NCBI GenBank assembly: GCA_038244715.1
Contig: JBBRTE010000011.1
Location: forward strand, 75,386-139,385
DNA from: Thermoanaerobaculia bacterium
GTDB lineage: Bacteria > Acidobacteriota > Thermoanaerobaculia > Gp7-AA8
DNA: 64,000 nucleotides
Direction: 5' to 3'
The position numbers and the translations under genes are program-made. The notes under the pieces were generated by a model, which made no database searches, was not told where the DNA came from, and was given only the letters and a program-made list of their open reading frames with translations. Positions 39,847-48,697 of this stretch are shown in pieces (within the stretch, counting starts at the first letter, position 1; every line of letters begins with the position of its first letter).

Positions 39847-40609
39847 TGGACACTCGCGAGGCGGGATCGCGAAAGATCCGATGCGAGTAGAGATGCTTCT
39901 TGTGCAGCTTGTAGAGCACCATCGTCTTCAGGATCTCAAGGCCGTAGCGCACCGAACGCCAGAACCCGATCTGCGAGGCCTCGTCGAAATAGCGCGTCGA
40001 GATGGGAACCTCACGAATGCGCATTCCTTTGGCAACACCCTGCGCGATGATCTCGGTGTCGAACACGAAGTCGTCTGAATTCGCCTCGAAGTTGACGGCG
40101 TCGAGGTAGCGCTTCGAGTATGCGCGGAATCCCGAGTGGTACTCCGAGAGGAAGATGTAGAACGTGGCGTTCTCGACCATGGTCAGGAACAGGTTGGCCA
40201 GGTACTTCCACTTCGGCATACCGCCTTCCATGGGCCGGCCGCCGAGCATGCGCGATCCGAACACAGCCTCGCATTCCCCGCCGAGAAGAGGCTGGACGAG
40301 CTGCGGGATGATCTTCGGATCGTACTGATGGTCAGGGTGGACCATGACGAGGATCTCGCCGCCCATCTCGTCCATGGCGGTCCGGTAGCAGGTCTTCTGA
40401 TTGCCGCCATATCCCCGATTCTGTGGATGCACGACCACGCGCATCGGAAGCGAACGCGCCAGTTCCACCGTATTGTCACGGGAGCGGTCGTCGACGAGCA
40501 GGATCTCGTCCACCCAATCCTGGGGAATGTCGTCGAAGGTCGCCCGCAGTGTTTTCTCGGCGTTGTATGCGGGGAGAACAGCCACGACCTTTTTTTCGTG
40601 GAGCGGCAT
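39827..40609 (-). CDS. GT2 family polyprenol-phosphate mannose/glucose synthase (Dpm1/Ppm1-like)
   Basis: 'VVAVLPAYNAEKTL...EILLVDDRSRDNTVELA...HPQNRGYGGNQKTCY...' gives the GT2 DxD/Q..RW-type motifs. The start was taken at 'MPLHEKK'. Confidence 0.75.
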   Translation of the reverse strand: MPLHEKKVVAVLPAYNAEKTLRATFDDIPQDWVDEILLVDDRSRDNTVELARSLPMRVVVHPQNRGYGGNQKTCYRTAMDEMGGEILVMVHPDHQYDPKIIPQLVQPLLGGECEAVFGSRMLGGRPMEGGMPKWKYLANLFLTMVENATFYIFLSEYHSGFRAYSKRYLDAVNFEANSDDFVFDTEIIAQGVAKGMRIREVPISTRYFDEASQIGFWRSVRYGLEILKTMVLYKLHKKHLYSHRIFRDPASRVSIRTATT

Positions 40610-40670
40610 CGGCGGGCGAGAATAACACAGCGGATTAGCCCTCCTGCCGAGTCGACTACAATCGCCCGCC

Positions 40671-43205
40671 GTGAACGATGACGCCCCCCTTCCGCCAATC
40701 AGCCGGCGCACCGACCTGCTCGCCCTCGGCCTTCTCTTTCTGATCGCCACCGTCTTCTTCGGGGACGTGCTGTTCGGCGTCAACCAGCTCTACATGCGCG
40801 ACATGACGCGCTACTACTATCCGACCAAACAGGTCTTGCGCGAGATCGTCCAGCACGGCGAGTTTCCCTACTGGAACCGTTATTTCTCCGCGGGCCAACC
40901 GATCGCCGCAAATCCCGAGCACGAGGTCTTCTACCCGCTGACCTGGCTCATTCTTCTCCCGAGCTACGACCTCGGGTATCGCCTGCACATCCTCATCCAT
41001 ATCTACATCGGCCTTTTCGGGATGTATGCCCTCCTGCGATCGATGGGCCGCCGCCCGCCCGCGGCATGGATGGGGGCTTTGTCATTCGGCCTGGGCGGGA
41101 TCTACCTCTCGTACGTGAACCTGCTGCCGATTCTCTTCTGCGCGGCATGGCTCCCCCTCACGTGTCTCTTCGTCCGACGATTTCTGCTGCGCCGCAACAG
41201 CCGAGACTTCGCGGCCGCAAGCCTCTTTCTCGGCCTGCAGTGCCTGGTGGCGGAGCCGACCACCGTCCTGCAGACCGGCTTGCTGCTCGGTTTGTACGGC
41301 CTGTACCGTGGCTGGTACAGCACGCCGCGCTTCTCCAAGATGATCACGCGCACCCTCTGGATCGCGCTGATCTCGACTATGGGCTTTCTGATCGGGGCGG
41401 CGCAGATCCTGCCGGCACTCGATCACGTCCACGACTCGGCCCGTTCCCGCCCATTCGAGTTCGATCTCGTCAGCGCGTGGAGCATGCCGTGGCCGAAGTT
41501 TGCGGAACTGATCTTCCCTAACGTCCTCGGGCACATCTCCATCGGCAACGTCATGTACTACTGGGGTGGCGGGCTGTATGCGGGGATGGGCTCTCCATTT
41601 CTCTTCAGCATCTATGCGGGGATTGCAGTCATCGCTCTGGCGGTCGGAGGTGCGTTCGCGCGCCCTCGCGGCGGGCGGTTCGTCCTCCTCATCTGTTTTC
41701 TATCCTCGCTCCTTGCGCTGGGGTCGCACACGCCGCTGCTGCGGACGCTCTACGATGCAGGGATCGCGACCTCGGTCCGCTACCCCGAGAAGTTCATCCT
41801 GATGGCGGTCTTCGCGCTGATCCTCTTCGCCGCGGAGATGCTCGAGCGGATGCTCGCCGGCGACGAAGACGTTCGCAGCGGTGCCCTCGGGTTCGCGTCG
41901 GCAACCCTGGTCGTCGCAGCAGTCATCGCGATCAGCGGGTTCACGTCGTTCTATCCGAGGCTGTTCAACCTGCTCAGTAAGGCGACCGACATCGTGTCGG
42001 TACGGAAAGCGTGGGGACTTACGGCGGGCTCCGCGGGAACCTATATCGTCCTTCTGTCGAGGACGGACTGGATCATTGCCGCCGTTCGCGGAGCGGCGCT
42101 CGTGGGCCTGCTCGTCACGGTTCGCAACCGGCACCGACGCGTCTGGCTGGCGGCGGCTGCGGCGTTCGTCACGATCGATCTCCTTTACGTCACCTGGGAG
42201 CTCAACCCCCGTGAGCCGCGACGCTTCTTCGATCCGCCACCGGCTGCGCGCGCGTTCCCGAGCAATCGCCAGGCCTTCAGCATCTTTCACGAGGCGGACT
42301 GGTACGGGACGGAGAAACCGGCGCAGCAGTACTTCTCCACCGGCGACGCGGTCTACTGGGTCGTCCGCAACGGCCTTTTTCCGATGACCCCGGCAGGCGC
42401 CGGACTGCGTACGGTGCTCGAGCGCGACTACGACAAAACCGCTCTTCTCTCCACCGTCGATCTAACCGACTCGATCTGGGACGTCAAACGTTCCGGGCGC
42501 GCCGACTGGTACAAACCGTTCATGGCCATGTCCAACGCCTGGTACCGTGCGGTCTACCGAAACTTCGACAAGGAGAAACAGCGCAACCACGGAAGATTCA
42601 AGGAGTCGCTTCCCATGGGATTCGAAGAGGGTCCGCACTACCCCCGCTATTATTTCGCGGACCAGGTCGTGACCATCCACGACCGCGACGACTTCGTCAA
42701 GCAGCTCAGCACATCGGCCTTCACGAGTGGCGTCGCGTTTGTACAGCGGCCGTCGTTCGTCCCCGCCCGAGGTGTGATCAGCCGGGTCGTCGAGACCGCG
42801 AACACCGCCACGCTGGACGTCGAGAGTCTGGGACAGGGGTTCCTCGTGATGAGCGTGACCCCGCACAAGTACTGGACGATTCGCGTGGACGGCACAAGCG
42901 TTCCGGCAATCGTGACGAACATCGGCTACCAGGGAATTATCGTGACGCCCGGACGTCATCATGTGGTCATGGAGTATCGCAACGAGCTCGTTCGGATCGG
43001 TATGCTGATCTCGCTGGTCACCAGCGCGGTGCTGATCGGCATCCTCGTCGTGTATCGCACCAGGCCGTCCGAGGCATCGGCGGCTCCGGCTTATGAGGAA
43101 GCCGTACACGTCGTCGCCGACGCGACGGGAACGCATGTCGAGGCCGTGGTTCCCCCCGGCACGGCGGCGGGTGAGCCTCCGGACAGCGATGTCCAGGTGA
43201 GCTGA
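40671..43205 (+). CDS. YfhO-like large membrane protein (GT-C-like) with a C-terminal extracytoplasmic domain
   Basis: An 844-aa protein with N-terminal multi-TM region and YfhO-like overall architecture. It is divergent from the Dpm1-like gene. The family call is tentative. Confidence 0.5.
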   Translation: MNDDAPLPPISRRTDLLALGLLFLIATVFFGDVLFGVNQLYMRDMTRYYYPTKQVLREIVQHGEFPYWNRYFSAGQPIAANPEHEVFYPLTWLILLPSYDLGYRLHILIHIYIGLFGMYALLRSMGRRPPAAWMGALSFGLGGIYLSYVNLLPILFCAAWLPLTCLFVRRFLLRRNSRDFAAASLFLGLQCLVAEPTTVLQTGLLLGLYGLYRGWYSTPRFSKMITRTLWIALISTMGFLIGAAQILPALDHVHDSARSRPFEFDLVSAWSMPWPKFAELIFPNVLGHISIGNVMYYWGGGLYAGMGSPFLFSIYAGIAVIALAVGGAFARPRGGRFVLLICFLSSLLALGSHTPLLRTLYDAGIATSVRYPEKFILMAVFALILFAAEMLERMLAGDEDVRSGALGFASATLVVAAVIAISGFTSFYPRLFNLLSKATDIVSVRKAWGLTAGSAGTYIVLLSRTDWIIAAVRGAALVGLLVTVRNRHRRVWLAAAAAFVTIDLLYVTWELNPREPRRFFDPPPAARAFPSNRQAFSIFHEADWYGTEKPAQQYFSTGDAVYWVVRNGLFPMTPAGAGLRTVLERDYDKTALLSTVDLTDSIWDVKRSGRADWYKPFMAMSNAWYRAVYRNFDKEKQRNHGRFKESLPMGFEEGPHYPRYYFADQVVTIHDRDDFVKQLSTSAFTSGVAFVQRPSFVPARGVISRVVETANTATLDVESLGQGFLVMSVTPHKYWTIRVDGTSVPAIVTNIGYQGIIVTPGRHHVVMEYRNELVRIGMLISLVTSAVLIGILVVYRTRPSEASAAPAYEEAVHVVADATGTHVEAVVPPGTAAGEPPDSDVQVS

Positions 43206-43210
43206 CACCG

Positions 43211-44614
43211 ATGCGCCGCTGGGCTCTACCGTTCGCACTCCTCGTGGCCGGAGCCGCCTTCATCGCGGCGCTGCGGATCTACAACGAGCGCACCGGACGT
43301 GAGCTCGCCTCACGCCTCTGGATTCCGAAGGCGGCTGCGATCACCCCGGACGTCGCGCTCCTGCAGCAATATGTACGCATTGACACGTCGAATCCGCCGG
43401 GGAATGAGCTTCCCGGCGCGCGATTCCTGGCGGGCCTGCTCGAACGCGAGGGGATCCATGCCGAGATCATCGAATCGGCTCCTGGTCGCGCGAGTGTCTA
43501 CGCACGTATCAGCGGAAAGACTCATGGAGACGGGCTCCTGCTGCTGAATCACATCGACGTCGTCCCTGCGCCGAGCGCCTCGTGGACCCGTCCCCCGTTT
43601 GCGGCGGACGTGTACATGAATCAACTCTACGGCCGCGGAACGCTGGATATGAAGGGCATCGCCATCTGTGAGGTTCGCGCGTTCATCGGCGTGGCCCGCG
43701 CACACCGTACGCCGGAGCACGACCTCGTCTTCCTGGCCACCGCCGACGAGGAAGCGGGAAGCCGATACGGAATCAAATGGCTGACCGATCATCGCCCCGA
43801 TATCTTCGAGGGCATGCGATACGCGATCAACGAGGGGGGAATCACCGAGACGACCCAGGAACGCATTACCTATTTCGGCGTCGAGATCGGGACGAAGATG
43901 ACGGTCAAGGTCCGGTTGCGTGCACCGGACCGCGCTGCGATGCAGGCGCTGCGCATCGCGCTCGAACCCTTCATCACACCGGTCGACCCCGACCGTCTGC
44001 CGGGGCTGCAAGTACGCGAGTTCCTGCGCGATCTCGCCCCGCTGCGCGTGGAACAGGGACAGTACCTCAGCGACGTCAACCGCACGATCACGTCCGGAAA
44101 ATTCTGGCTCCTGACGAGTGGCTACCGCGAAGTGATGCAGAACGTGATCTGGCCGTCGACCATCGAACGCGACGCGCGCGGTGTCACGATGCGGGTCAAC
44201 CTCTACAACCTTCCCGACGAGAATCCCGATACGCGGATCGCCTGGCTCTCGGGTCTGGCTGCCCGCTATGGCGTGACGATCGACCAGGTCCTCGAGACGA
44301 GCGGACCAGCACCTCTCAGTTCGCGGCACACGCCGATGTATGCGCTGATCACGGCGGAGGCGGGACGACAGTATCGTGGGACGCGGACGGGCACGGAGAT
44401 CCTGGCGGTCTTCTACAACGATTCGCGGTTTCTGCGCACGCGAGGCCTCGACGTCTACGGCCTGATGCCGTTTCCGACGGACTGGTATCAGACGCAGGGC
44501 ATCCACTCCACAGATGAACGGATGCGGGTCGACTGGTTCAATCAGGGAGTGGTACTGGTCGGGCACATCGTCGAACGCTTCGCATTTGAGCGGTTGCCGG
44601 CAGCGCCGCCGTGA
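43211..44614 (+). CDS. M20/M25/M40 family metallopeptidase (deacylase-like), secreted
   Basis: 'VRIDTSNPPGNE', 'LLLLNHIDVVPA', 'GTLDMKG' and 'ATADEEAGS' are M20 metal-binding motifs. An N-terminal signal/TM segment is present. Confidence 0.7.
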   Translation: MRRWALPFALLVAGAAFIAALRIYNERTGRELASRLWIPKAAAITPDVALLQQYVRIDTSNPPGNELPGARFLAGLLEREGIHAEIIESAPGRASVYARISGKTHGDGLLLLNHIDVVPAPSASWTRPPFAADVYMNQLYGRGTLDMKGIAICEVRAFIGVARAHRTPEHDLVFLATADEEAGSRYGIKWLTDHRPDIFEGMRYAINEGGITETTQERITYFGVEIGTKMTVKVRLRAPDRAAMQALRIALEPFITPVDPDRLPGLQVREFLRDLAPLRVEQGQYLSDVNRTITSGKFWLLTSGYREVMQNVIWPSTIERDARGVTMRVNLYNLPDENPDTRIAWLSGLAARYGVTIDQVLETSGPAPLSSRHTPMYALITAEAGRQYRGTRTGTEILAVFYNDSRFLRTRGLDVYGLMPFPTDWYQTQGIHSTDERMRVDWFNQGVVLVGHIVERFAFERLPAAPP

Positions 44615-44720
44615 CACTATTTGTCATCGCAATCGCACGAAAACCGTCAACGGAGGCGAGTTTCGCTCGTGACTGGAAGCGCAACCCCATCGGAATCAAT
44701 GAGTTGAGTAATCCGGCCGA

Positions 44721-44737
44721 TCGGCATCCCGATTGCG
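44721..44737 (+). promoter_or_regulatory. candidate sigma-54 (-24/-12) promoter, CGGCAT-N5-TTGCG, upstream of the pilin gene
   Basis: The GG-N10-GC core with flanking bases matches TGGCAC-N5-TTGCW. It lies 33 nt upstream of the pilin ATG, in an AT-richer intergenic region. A sigma-54 activator (ntrX) is encoded in the window. Confidence 0.4.
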
Positions 44738-44768
44738 TTTATAGCCTTTCATTAGGAGGGTTCGATTA

Positions 44769-45269
44769 ATGATTAAAAAGAACCAGAAGGGTTTCACTCT
44801 GATTGAGCTGCTGATCGTCGTCGCGATCATCGGCATCCTCGCGGCGATCGCGATTCCAAACCTGCTCACGGCAATGCAGCGCTCGAAGCAGAAACGTACG
44901 ATGGCGGACATACGCACGATTGCTACGGCATGGGAAGCGCGCGCCACGGACGTCAACAAGTACAACGCCGCCGGCGCAGTGACGCTGCCGACGGTGACTC
45001 TGGCAGCGGGTACGATGACGACGATCCTGTCGCCGACGTACATCAAGTCGCTCCCGCCGCGCGACGGTTGGGGTAATGCGTGGGAGTATCACGCGGACAA
45101 GGATTTCCCCTCGACCACGGCTGCACAGCAGTACGCCATCCTCTCCTACGGCAAGGACGGCATCAAAGAGACGACGCCGCTTGGAAGCTCGACCACGAAC
45201 TTCGACTGCGACATCATCTACTCGCAGGGCGGATTCCTTCAGTACCCGGAAGGCGTGCAGCAGCAGTAA
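44769..45269 (+). CDS. type IV pilin / pseudopilin (prepilin-type N-terminal cleavage/methylation domain)
   Basis: 'KGFTLIELLIVVAIIGILAAIAIPN' is the class III signal peptide and methylation motif. The RBS GGAGGG lies upstream. The gene is monocistronic, with a terminator downstream. Confidence 0.8.
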   Translation: MIKKNQKGFTLIELLIVVAIIGILAAIAIPNLLTAMQRSKQKRTMADIRTIATAWEARATDVNKYNAAGAVTLPTVTLAAGTMTTILSPTYIKSLPPRDGWGNAWEYHADKDFPSTTAAQQYAILSYGKDGIKETTPLGSSTTNFDCDIIYSQGGFLQYPEGVQQQ

Positions 45270-45294
45270 GCACGTTTCTCAGGCCACAAATCGA

Positions 45295-45326
45295 AAGGGC
45301 GCCTTCGGGCGCCCTTTCTTTTTATG
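45295..45326. terminator. bidirectional rho-independent terminator (AAAGGGCGCCTTCGGGCGCCCTTTCTTTTT)
   Basis: A perfect GC hairpin flanked by an A-tract and a T-tract, lying between the convergent pilin and zinc-ribbon genes. The minus-strand gene's TAA overlaps the T-tract. Confidence 0.6.
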
Positions 45327-45936
45327 CGTGCATCGCCTTGATCGTTGCCGCCAGCGGAGCGTAGAGCCTCTCGTGATAACCGAACGCTTCCCGGTAGATC
45401 TGCTGGAACGCGCCGAGGTCCTTGGGGGTGACGACGAGGTTGACCCCGTAGAGAAAGGCTGCATTCCCATCCAGCGTGCGCAGCGAATCGGCGAACAGGA
45501 TGAAGAAGGCTTTGCGCCGGTCGGCCGGAGCGAGGGAGATGATCGGCGCAAAGTCGTTGAGCGGCGGCGGTGTCATCTGCGCCGGGTTGAGCATGACCAC
45601 CGGCGGAAAGTCCTGGATGAAATAGTCCCGCGCCTGAATGGGTGAGGCCATGTGGACGGGCATGAACCCGATCAGCTTGGCCGCTTGACGGAGCGCGGGA
45701 TGATCGTTCCCCACGATCAGCGCCTTCGCACCGAATCCCTGGTCCTCCTCGCTCCCCTGAGGAGCGTGTTCGGAGTGAGGGGGCATGGCGGCCGCGCCTG
45801 CCAGCTCGAGATTTCTCCGGTCGACGGTGAGCTTCGTCCCGCAGGCCGGACAGGGAATGGCGACCGGCTTCATCGGAAGCTTCGTCTCGTCGATCGAGAG
45901 CGTCTTCTGGCACGACGTGCAGGTGATCTTCATCAT
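45322..45936 (-). CDS. MJ0042-type zinc-ribbon protein with a C-terminal receiver-like (pseudo-REC) domain
   Basis: N-terminal zinc ribbon 'ITCTSCQKTLSI...PCPACGTKLTV'. The C-terminal 'KALIVGNDHPALRQAAKLIGFMPVHMASPIQARDYF...PPVVMLNP' resembles a CheY-like fold, with N replacing the phospho-acceptor acid pocket. The gene lies immediately downstream of pilT on the same strand. Confidence 0.4.
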   Translation of the reverse strand: MMKITCTSCQKTLSIDETKLPMKPVAIPCPACGTKLTVDRRNLELAGAAAMPPHSEHAPQGSEEDQGFGAKALIVGNDHPALRQAAKLIGFMPVHMASPIQARDYFIQDFPPVVMLNPAQMTPPPLNDFAPIISLAPADRRKAFFILFADSLRTLDGNAAFLYGVNLVVTPKDLGAFQQIYREAFGYHERLYAPLAATIKAMHA

Positions 45937-47082
45937 CTACTCCAGGATCGAGAGCATCGAGTCCGCATCCGATGCGGCGGCCGGTGCATCCGGTTCGTCC
46001 GTAAGGCGCAGTGCGAGATTCGTGGGATTGGTGGCATAGGCGAGCGCGGTCTCTTTCGAAACGATGCGGCGGTTCCAGAGCTTTTCCAGCTCGTCGTCGA
46101 AGGTCTGCATCCCGTCGACCGATCCGTCGTGCATGGCATCGCCGAGAGACCGGCCTTCCGTCTCGCCCTTCAGGATGTAGTCGCGCGTGCGCATCGTGGA
46201 CTTCAGGACTTCCAGGACGGCGATGCGTCCGCCGCCGACCTTCGGCAGAAGACGCTGCGAGAGGACATAGCGGAACGATTGCGCCAGGCGCGTGCGGACC
46301 TGTTGCTCCTGGTCCTTCGGAAAGACTCCCACGATCCGGTCGACGGTCTTGGCGGCATCGATCGTATGCAGCGTGGAGAGAACCAGATGTCCAGTCTCCG
46401 CCGCTTCCATCGCGATCTCGATGGTCTCGACGTCCCGCATCTCGCCGATGAGGATGACCTTCGGCGCTTGCCGCAATGCCGCCCGCAATGCCAGCGCAAA
46501 GGTCCTGGTGTCGGATCCCAGCTCGCGCTGATTTACCGTGGACTTGATGTGCCGGTGCATGTACTCCACCGGATCTTCGATGGTGATGATGTGGTACGCG
46601 AACTCCTGGTTGATCTGATTGATCAGCGCGGCCAGCGTCGTCGACTTGCCGGAGCCCGTCGGCCCCGTCACCAGAACGATGCCGTTCTTCAGATGAGAGA
46701 TGTTGCCCAGCTCCGCGGGGAGGTGCAGCGACTGCAGAGTTGGAATCCCCTCCGGAATGACGCGAAGCACGATCGCGTACGTTCCCCGCTGAGAGAAGAT
46801 GTTCACGCGGAAGCGCGTCTTCTGCGGGATCGAATAGGAGAGATCGACGGATCCGTTCGTGAGCAGCGTACGGGTGAGCTCGCGATCACCACGCAGCATG
46901 TGCATGGCGATCATCTCCGTCTGGTAGGGAGTCAGCCGGGGAAGTCCTGGGAAGTTGACGGGAACCAGTGCCCCATCGATCTCCACCTGCGGTTGCCGTC
47001 CGACCGAAAAGTTGAGGTCGGAGACGCGCTCCGAGGTCTTCAGCATCGTCTCGAGAATGGCGTCAAGGTTGAAGTTCTTCAT
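45937..47082 (-). CDS. pilT: type IV pilus retraction ATPase PilT
   Basis: 'IVLVTGPTGSGKSTTLAALI' is Walker A. 'ITIEDPVEY', 'ILIGEMRD' and 'GHLVLSTLHT' are PilT/PilU signatures. The start is at 'MKNFNLDAILE'. Confidence 0.85.
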   Translation of the reverse strand: MKNFNLDAILETMLKTSERVSDLNFSVGRQPQVEIDGALVPVNFPGLPRLTPYQTEMIAMHMLRGDRELTRTLLTNGSVDLSYSIPQKTRFRVNIFSQRGTYAIVLRVIPEGIPTLQSLHLPAELGNISHLKNGIVLVTGPTGSGKSTTLAALINQINQEFAYHIITIEDPVEYMHRHIKSTVNQRELGSDTRTFALALRAALRQAPKVILIGEMRDVETIEIAMEAAETGHLVLSTLHTIDAAKTVDRIVGVFPKDQEQQVRTRLAQSFRYVLSQRLLPKVGGGRIAVLEVLKSTMRTRDYILKGETEGRSLGDAMHDGSVDGMQTFDDELEKLWNRRIVSKETALAYATNPTNLALRLTDEPDAPAAASDADSMLSILE

Positions 47083-47136
47083 CGGTTGCTTTCGGTATGC
47101 GCCATTGTACGTGTACTGCCAAGTACAATCCTCGTC

Positions 47137-47544
47137 ATGTCCATCATGGCCATCGACTACGGGGGACGGCGGATCGGCGTGGCTGTGAGTGATTCCGGAT
47201 CGATCGCGACGGCGCACTCGGTCGTGAAGAACGAAGGCGAGATCATCGACACGCTGGCCGCCATCGCCCGCGAGCTCGATGCCGAGAGGATCATCGTGGG
47301 CGTTCCCCGACGCGCCCGCAGCGACTCCGGAGAACAGAAGTTCCGCGACTTCGCCGAACGGCTGCAGCAGAAAACCTGCAAACCCGTCCTGCTCTGGGAC
47401 GAAGCGCTCAGCACGACCGAGGCATCGCGGCAACTGCGCGATCGGGGGACGAAGCGCCGGCAAGCCCAGCGCGAAATCGACATGCACGCAGCCGCCGTCA
47501 TCCTTCAGTCATACCTCGACGACGTCGCCAGGAGGGCGTCATAG
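47137..47544 (+). CDS. ruvX: Holliday junction resolvase-like protein RuvX/YqgF
   Basis: 'IMAIDYGGRRIGVAVSD' is the RNase H-like YqgF N-terminus. The size is 135 aa. Confidence 0.8.
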   Translation: MSIMAIDYGGRRIGVAVSDSGSIATAHSVVKNEGEIIDTLAAIARELDAERIIVGVPRRARSDSGEQKFRDFAERLQQKTCKPVLLWDEALSTTEASRQLRDRGTKRRQAQREIDMHAAAVILQSYLDDVARRAS

Positions 47545-47657
47545 CCCGCCGCGCCCCCGGGGGCGGCGGCTGCCGGAAAATCCTGCATTCGCTGGGCACG
47601 ATCGGCATCTTCGCCGTTCTCCTGGCCATCGCCGGCGGCTGGTTCTTCCTGCGCGCC

Positions 47658-48632
47658 ATGCGCACGCCCTACAAGAACTACATCACGCCGTTCAAGGATG
47701 TCGAAGTCCGCCACGGCCTCCGCACCGCCACAATCCTCAAGCACCTCGAGAGCGAAGGGATCATCCGCGATGAGTACATCCCCCTCGTCTACATGAAGGT
47801 CGTCCGGCACAACGACAAGATCAAGGCAGGGATCTACGAGTTCTCCAAGGCCATGACCTCCGAGGAAGTGCTGGACAAGCTGATCCGCGGAGACGTCGTC
47901 GCGAAGAGCGTCACCGTGCGGGAAGGCCTGGACCGGTTCGCCGTTGCACACATCTTTGTGCAGGAGGGATTCGGCCGCGACGCGGAATGGGACAAGCTCA
48001 CCGCCGACCCCGAGCCGATCCACGACATCGCACCGGAAGCAAAGACCCTTGAGGGTTACCTCTTCCCCGACACCTACAAGTTCAATCCAGGCACACCGCC
48101 CCGCGTGATCGTGCAGTCGATGGTTACGAACTTCCGCAAACACTTCGGCGCCGAGATGAACTACATCGCCACCGGCCTCGATCTTCATCAGACCGTGACC
48201 CTGGCCTCCATCGTCGAGACCGAAGCGCGCATGCCGCAGGAGCGGCCGCTGGTCGCCTCCGTCTATCTCAATCGCATCAATCGCAAGATGCTCCTCGGCG
48301 CCGACCCCACGGTCATCTACGCGCTGAAACTCGCCGGCCGCTGGGACGGAAACATCCACAAGGCCGACCTGCAGATCGACTCGCCCTTCAACACCTATCG
48401 ATTCCACGGACTGCCGCCCGGACCCATCGCAAACGCAGGCCTGGCATCACTGCAGGCCGCTGCTGCGCCAGCCAAGAGCGACTTCCTCTACTTCGTGGCA
48501 AAACACGACGGCACCCATGCCTTCGCCACGAACCTCGCCGACCACGACCGGAACGTACAGATCTACCAGATTCAGTGGTACCGGGATCAGCGCGCCGCGC
48601 AGCAGGAACAGGCCCCACAGACCACCAAATAA
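47658..48632 (+). CDS. mltG: endolytic murein transglycosylase MltG (YceG-like)
   Basis: The YceG domain is '...TVREGLDRFAVAHIF...LEGYLFPDTYKF...LASIVETEA...GADPTVIYAL...FNTYRFHGLPPGPIANAG'. The expected N-terminal TM helix is encoded in-frame upstream of the first ATG, without a canonical start codon. Confidence 0.8.
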   Translation: MRTPYKNYITPFKDVEVRHGLRTATILKHLESEGIIRDEYIPLVYMKVVRHNDKIKAGIYEFSKAMTSEEVLDKLIRGDVVAKSVTVREGLDRFAVAHIFVQEGFGRDAEWDKLTADPEPIHDIAPEAKTLEGYLFPDTYKFNPGTPPRVIVQSMVTNFRKHFGAEMNYIATGLDLHQTVTLASIVETEARMPQERPLVASVYLNRINRKMLLGADPTVIYALKLAGRWDGNIHKADLQIDSPFNTYRFHGLPPGPIANAGLASLQAAAAPAKSDFLYFVAKHDGTHAFATNLADHDRNVQIYQIQWYRDQRAAQQEQAPQTTK

Positions 48633-48697
48633 CTGCTCGACCTGCACCTCCGTGCTATCCTCCGGACACCGCAAAAAAACCCGGGGGTCCCACGAGT

